A stretch of DNA of 56,442 bases from Patescibacteria group bacterium (GTDB lineage Bacteria > Patescibacteriota > Minisyncoccia > RBG-13-40-8-A): NCBI GenBank assembly GCA_018897295.1, contig JAHILA010000018.1, forward strand, positions 1 through 56,442, written 5' to 3'. The notes beneath the pieces were generated by a model. That model saw only the letters and a list, made by a program, of their open reading frames with translations. It made no database searches and was not told the origin of the DNA. The translations under genes and the position numbers were made by a program. Shown piece by piece: positions 52,169 to 56,442 of this stretch. Every line of letters starts with the position of its first letter. The stretch's first letter is position 1.

Positions 52169-52669
52169 ATGACAATTCAACAAATTATAAGCTATATTGG
52201 AATTCCTGTTATGGTTGGGGCTTTAATCTATATAGGAAGAAAATTACAAATATTAGATAAACTTGAGATTACATCAGAAACTATTAAACATAACATAAAA
52301 GTGGTTTGCGATTTTTTAACGAAAAAATCAAGTCTGCATTTTGACCCCAAAGAATTAAAAGCTTATAGCCCTCTTAATTTAACACCACAGGGCAATCAAT
52401 TTATTAAAGATTTAGGATTTGATAATGTATTTAAAGAACATAAATTGGATTTTTTCAACTATATCAACGGGGAAGAACCAAAATTAAAATATGATGTTGA
52501 ACTTTCTGCTATAAAATCTATACATTTTCTATCCGACAAATCCTATATGGATTTTCTTAAGGTCTTTTTCTATAATAATCCAGCTCGCAATATAGATAAT
52601 ATGGCACCAACCCTAGGGGTATATATAAGAGATGAATACTTAAAAGAACACCCCGAAATAACTCAATAG
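52169..52669 (+). CDS. hypothetical protein with one N-terminal TM helix
   Basis: Start moved to MTIQQIISYIG (ATG 52169). An extended -10 TGtTATAAT at 52133-52141 lies inside the track's longer ORF. Confidence 0.4.
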   Translation: MTIQQIISYIGIPVMVGALIYIGRKLQILDKLEITSETIKHNIKVVCDFLTKKSSLHFDPKELKAYSPLNLTPQGNQFIKDLGFDNVFKEHKLDFFNYINGEEPKLKYDVELSAIKSIHFLSDKSYMDFLKVFFYNNPARNIDNMAPTLGVYIRDEYLKEHPEITQ

Positions 52670-52802
52670 GTATAACATATAAAAGTTCCAATAAAGACAA
52701 CTTTTACAACCTACCTCACAAAGCTATCCAACTACCCGAAAAAGCAAAAGCAAAAAGACAGGAACAGAAGAAGTCCGGTAATTATAACGGAAAGAAAACT
52801 CG

Positions 52803-53015
52803 TCAAGGTAAGATTGGAGGTATTGAGGCGAAACCCATACGAACATATTCCTGTTTTGCTTTCCACCATTGTACTCCCTCTGTTGCTCCTAAATAAATTA
52901 TTGCCAAAATTATAACAAAAAAAACCACTGCCGTGATTATTTTTTTTCTTTTCGGTTTGGACTCGCTCTGGCCAATCTTGTCCGCCGATGAGGCGGAATT
53001 CAATTGTTGCTCCAT
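52803..53015 (-). CDS. small membrane protein
   Basis: 70 aa. Polar N-terminus, single TM helix. Confidence 0.35.
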   Translation of the reverse strand: MEQQLNSASSADKIGQSESKPKRKKIITAVVFFVIILAIIYLGATEGVQWWKAKQEYVRMGFASIPPILP

Positions 53016-53048
53016 AATTAAATTATAACTCCAAAAATTCTCGTGTCA

Positions 53049-53075
53049 AATGTAGGACATCGTATGTCCTACATT
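53049..53075. repeat. REP-like perfect palindrome copy 1 (aatgtaggacat-cgt-atgtcctacatt), 3' of the Y1 transposase gene
   Basis: 12-bp perfect stem, 3-nt loop. Confidence 0.85.
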
Positions 53076-53083
53076 ACGTCTAG

Positions 53084-53776
53084 CTAATCCAATATTAATT
53101 CTCGAATATATGTTTCGTTTTTTTGATATTGTTCTAACCAATCAATAAAATATTTTTTATATTTTTCTGGTCCGCCAAAAATTTCTAATAAAAACTTATT
53201 ATCAATAACCGATGGAAAATTTTTAATTCCCCAATAATCCATATGGCTTGACCACTTATATTTTTCTAAAAATTTAATTGCTTGTTTGATCTCTAATCTC
53301 GTTAATTTCTTTTCTTTCCAACCCTCTTTCCATAAACTTAATGGATTCGAATGAATATAACAAACAAGATGCATCAATTGTCTATCATCTTTAATATAAA
53401 CATCTTTGTATCTCCCTTGAAAAAGATAGCCACTTCTTTTGTGTTTTTCATTAAAACCCCTTGCGTATCCGCAATGAAGTTTTTTCATAAACAAATAAGC
53501 TCCGTTTTTCTTAATCGGTTCAATAATCAAATGATGATGATTCGGCATTAGCACAAATGCGTGTATATTAACCAATTTATCACGTTCTATGTAGGACATC
53601 GTATGTCCTACATTACTACCTCTACGAACATAGGGCAGGGCAGGTTTTTTGTCATTGAATTCATACAAATCATGAATAAATCGAATATAATCGTTATTAT
53701 CTCGAAAAATGTTGCGTTTTTCAACGCCTCGATCAAATACATGATAAAACCCATTTGTTAAAAATTCTCTAGGCAT
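53084..53776 (-). mobile_element. IS200/IS605-type Y1 (HUH) transposase, REP-associated tyrosine transposase (RAYT)-like
   Basis: HUH motif LMPNHHHLII and catalytic Tyr region HLVCYIHSNP. Start set at MPREFLTNGFYHVFDRG (ATG 53776). Flanked by and containing the same palindrome. Confidence 0.7.
53589..53613. repeat. REP-like palindrome copy 2, inside the transposase ORF
   Basis: atgtaggacat-cgt-atgtcctacat. Translated in frame as NVGHTMSYI. Confidence 0.85.
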
Positions 53777-53794
53777 ATAAATTTTTATAGCTTT

Positions 53795-53819
53795 ATGTAG
53801 GACATCGTATGTCCTACAT
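53795..53819. repeat. REP-like palindrome copy 3, just 5' of the transposase start
   Basis: Identical 25-nt core. Confidence 0.85.
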
Positions 53820-53878
53820 TTAATGTTAAAATTAAAAAAATCGCTTGTCAATATCTCCATCAATATCATCAATCATTA

Positions 53879-56442
53879 CTATTCCGTTATTGCGGCGGCG
53901 GGTTCAGTTGCCGGAATTGCTGGTTCAGTTGCTCCCTCCTCTACTGGGGTTTCCACCTCATCAATGGGCAAGTCGGCGGGCAAGGGTTCTTCGATGGGTT
54001 CTTCAATAGGGACTTCAATAGGAACCTCGACAGGAGTTTCTGCAGGAGTTGACGTTATTTCAACTGGTTCGGTTTGCACTATCCACCAATCAAATTTTAA
54101 ATCTTGTACAGCTGGATCAGCAATATTAATAATAGCAAGGCCATTTTCCTGATAGTTTATCCACCAGCGCGAACCATAATCATTTCTAAAAGTAATAAAT
54201 ATTTTAGAACTCGGTATAATCTGATTAGTTCTGATTTCTGCGGACACGCTTTCAACTTTAATTATTCCCTCGCCTATTGAGCTCTGGCCCTGGTCAGGAT
54301 TTTTTTCAATAACCAATGTTCTTGTCATTAATTGGGTAATTTTCACAATGGTTTTTTCAATTGTAATGCCAAAGTCCTTTAATTTATCAAATAAGACAGC
54401 CAAAAATCCATCATTGATTTCCATTGTCCCAGAGGAATCAATTGTGCCTTCGCTATCCAAAGACAAGGATTCTTTTATTGCTTCTATTTCCATTGATAAA
54501 GAAGTAATCATTTCGCCCTGCGCGCTTACCGATGAGGCAAGTTCTTTGACTCCCTCAACCAGCAAAGCAGTTATTTCTAATTCTTTTACCGAGTAAATTT
54601 CTCGGTCATTGTATCCAAATGTGTATACTAAATCAGGCACTCCACTACTTGCTATTTCTTGCGCAATAAAGCCCATATGATTTTCGTTGCCGTCCAAAAC
54701 AACATAATCATTGCCCTCTTCTGGTGTTCTCCAGTTGAAATTCACGCCCCTTAATGAAATCAATTTTTCCAAAGCATTATCAATATCAGTGACGTTCTTC
54801 TTTAATGTCAAATCAGAGGCGCCATTGTATAACATACCATTAACATCTGTTCTTAAATCAGCAACGCTTGGGGTGTTTGGGAAATACGCAGCGCCTGAAA
54901 CAGAAGCCGTGCCATCAACAGAAAGAAGATAAGCAGGAGCTAAGTCCCCAATCCCGACGTTGCCAGTAGCCAATATTCTCATTCGTTCCGTTAATGCCAC
55001 ATCAGTCGAAGCATTTCTGGTTGAAAAAGCCAAATCTCCTCTAGTATTATTACTACTATCGCTAAGTAAGTATTTAATCGCTGCCCCACCTATAGAGGCA
55101 GCAGACACAGAATTAGCACTACCAAAAACAATTGCACCCCCTGAACCAGCATTGTTAGCGTTGCCAATTATTGAAAGAGTACCTAATTTTGCTCCAGCAT
55201 CAGTTAAAGCCGCTGTATCTTGTCCAATCCCACTAATTTCTGTTTGGTATCTTGGCGCCGTCGTCCCAATCCCGACGTTGCCGCCTGCCTGAATGGTTAG
55301 CACGTCTACCTTTGCTACCGCCCCGCCATAAGTTGAAAACCTTAACCCAACATTTCCTGAACTTTCCCGAATAGCATCAATCGCTACCAAATCAGTGGCT
55401 CCTTGATTCCAAACAATACCCTTCCTTGTATTATCCGTAGACCAACCATTATCGCTTAATTTAATATAATCGGTTGCATCAGTAGCACTAGCAATTTCCA
55501 ACAATGCCCCTGGTGCCGTCGTCCCGATGCCGACATTGGCATTAAACGTGAGAATTTGATTCGCCACAGCATCGGCGAATACCCCGTAGATGAGAGCATT
55601 GGCCCTACCATCGGATTCGGAGGTGCGTTGCCTATTGTCAATGAATAGTTTATCAGCAGCGGTCTCGTAATATCCGGCATAACTCCCAAGGAAAACTCCG
55701 CCTGAAGCGGTTGTAATAGACCATCCAGCCAAATGCCCAAAAGCATTTGTGTTACTAGCTGTAGTGAGTGAAGCCAAAGCTGAACTACCAAAAGAGTTAT
55801 TATTATCTCCATCTATCAATGAAGTTAAGTTATCATAACCAAAGGCATTATTATAATTTCCTTCTGTCAGTGAACGTTGAGCTTCATAGCCAAAGGCATC
55901 ATTCCATAGTCCGGTTGTCAGTGCGTTTTGAGTGTGCCATCCAAAGGCGTTATTCCATCTTCCTTCAGTTAACGCAGCTTGAGCACCTATTCCAACAGAT
56001 GTGTTGTAATCCCCGGTTGTTCTTGCTGGAAATCCAGCTCCGACATTGAGATTATCTGCTATATTTATTAATGATAAGCTGGTTCCAAAATGAAGATGAT
56101 TGATTGTTAAATCATTCGTTATATCCCAACTTGCTGATGAAAATATTGTATTTTCAGATAAATCAGCAAATAACATATTATCGCCTACATAAAAGTCGTC
56201 TGATATTGATGCAGTCCCGTCAACAGAAAGAGTGTAAGCGGGTGCAGTGTCGCCGATGCCGACGTTGCCATTTCCTGATATTCTCATTTTTTCTGATAAC
56301 CGTGTGCCATGCGCTCTAGTATTAAAAGATAAATAACCTCCATATTCTGCGGCGGTAGCACTTTCCTTCGCCCCTTTAATTACAGCAAAACCAGCTTGTG
56401 AAGTACCATTATATCTTCCACCGAAACCAATTGAGCCACCAA
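53879..56442 (-). CDS. large tail-fibre-like surface protein with peptidase-S74 intramolecular chaperone domain. The 5' end lies beyond the window.
   Basis: The frame is open upstream of the track's Met (56287) to the window edge. Repeated ...ERMRI..GNVGIG...P...L.V.G modules. S74-type SDLTLKKNV...LRGVNFNW...GFIAQE segment. Acidic Pro-rich C-terminus. Confidence 0.7.
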   Translation of the reverse strand, partial: GGSIGFGGRYNGTSQAGFAVIKGAKESATAAEYGGYLSFNTRAHGTRLSEKMRISGNGNVGIGDTAPAYTLSVDGTASISDDFYVGDNMLFADLSENTIFSSASWDITNDLTINHLHFGTSLSLINIADNLNVGAGFPARTTGDYNTSVGIGAQAALTEGRWNNAFGWHTQNALTTGLWNDAFGYEAQRSLTEGNYNNAFGYDNLTSLIDGDNNNSFGSSALASLTTASNTNAFGHLAGWSITTASGGVFLGSYAGYYETAADKLFIDNRQRTSESDGRANALIYGVFADAVANQILTFNANVGIGTTAPGALLEIASATDATDYIKLSDNGWSTDNTRKGIVWNQGATDLVAIDAIRESSGNVGLRFSTYGGAVAKVDVLTIQAGGNVGIGTTAPRYQTEISGIGQDTAALTDAGAKLGTLSIIGNANNAGSGGAIVFGSANSVSAASIGGAAIKYLLSDSSNNTRGDLAFSTRNASTDVALTERMRILATGNVGIGDLAPAYLLSVDGTASVSGAAYFPNTPSVADLRTDVNGMLYNGASDLTLKKNVTDIDNALEKLISLRGVNFNWRTPEEGNDYVVLDGNENHMGFIAQEIASSGVPDLVYTFGYNDREIYSVKELEITALLVEGVKELASSVSAQGEMITSLSMEIEAIKESLSLDSEGTIDSSGTMEINDGFLAVLFDKLKDFGITIEKTIVKITQLMTRTLVIEKNPDQGQSSIGEGIIKVESVSAEIRTNQIIPSSKIFITFRNDYGSRWWINYQENGLAIINIADPAVQDLKFDWWIVQTEPVEITSTPAETPVEVPIEVPIEEPIEEPLPADLPIDEVETPVEEGATEPAIPATEPAAAITE

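Noticed and set aside
53777-53872. N-terminal 32-aa extension of the transposase ORF
   Set aside because: It translates the upstream REP palindrome and has no similarity to Y1 transposase N-termini. The MPREFLTNGFYHVF start is preferred, though this is unverified.
1-56442. Alternative genetic code (UGA recoding as in some CPR lineages)
   Set aside because: Many well-supported genes end in TGA, for example the ATGA overlaps at 5325 and 6875. Conserved proteins read through without in-frame TGA, so the standard bacterial code fits.
53879-56442. Prophage
   Set aside because: There is only a single fibre-like gene with an S74 domain and no other phage hallmark genes in the visible flank. This cannot be excluded beyond the window edge.

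Overview
AT-rich (about 25-35% GC by eye), very compact, mostly minus-strand chromosomal segment. It looks like a reduced-genome Patescibacteria/CPR-type bacterium (inference). The code is standard, since TGA is used as a stop. The backbone holds six aminoacyl-tRNA synthetases (hisS, leuS, metG, glyQS, ileS, argS), topA, dprA, pth, lepB, rpsU, infC-rpmI-rplT, smpB, a tmRNA missing from the ORF track, tRNA-Leu(CAA), polX, endonuclease Q, and a liv-type ABC importer with six amplified, TM-anchored substrate-binding paralogs. The stand-out is a chromosomal diversity-generating retroelement (DGR). It has an RT (31908-32876, probably extending to 32971), an Avd-like four-helix-bundle gene on the opposite strand (32942-33286, disrupted as assembled) and a 126-nt template repeat (33339-33464). 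There are two variable repeats at the 3' ends of two paralogous target genes: 33754-34620 (adjacent) and 42888-43763 (about 9 kb away). All 15 TR/VR1 mismatches fall on TR adenines. Three aspects look unusual. Both target genes are about 1-kb GC-rich (about 55%) islands with their own conserved promoter, 5' leader and terminator hairpin, and they encode proteins with no signal peptide. An 11-nt C:G homopolymer lies where the divergent RT and Avd 5' ends overlap, and a single +1 restores an ATG-initiated frame for both genes. The Avd-like gene also carries an in-frame TAA. Second theme: several families of 23-37-nt GC-rich palindromic elements sit in frame inside housekeeping genes (livG, ileS, argS, topA, leuS, pth, glyQS) and in intergenic spacers. 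Other accessory content is a Type II m5C R-M pair, a RAYT/IS200-like Y1 transposase with three copies of a perfect REP-like palindrome (one or two inside its own ORF), and a large tail-fibre-like surface protein with a peptidase-S74 chaperone domain. All calls rest on reading the translations and sequence by eye. No database search was possible.
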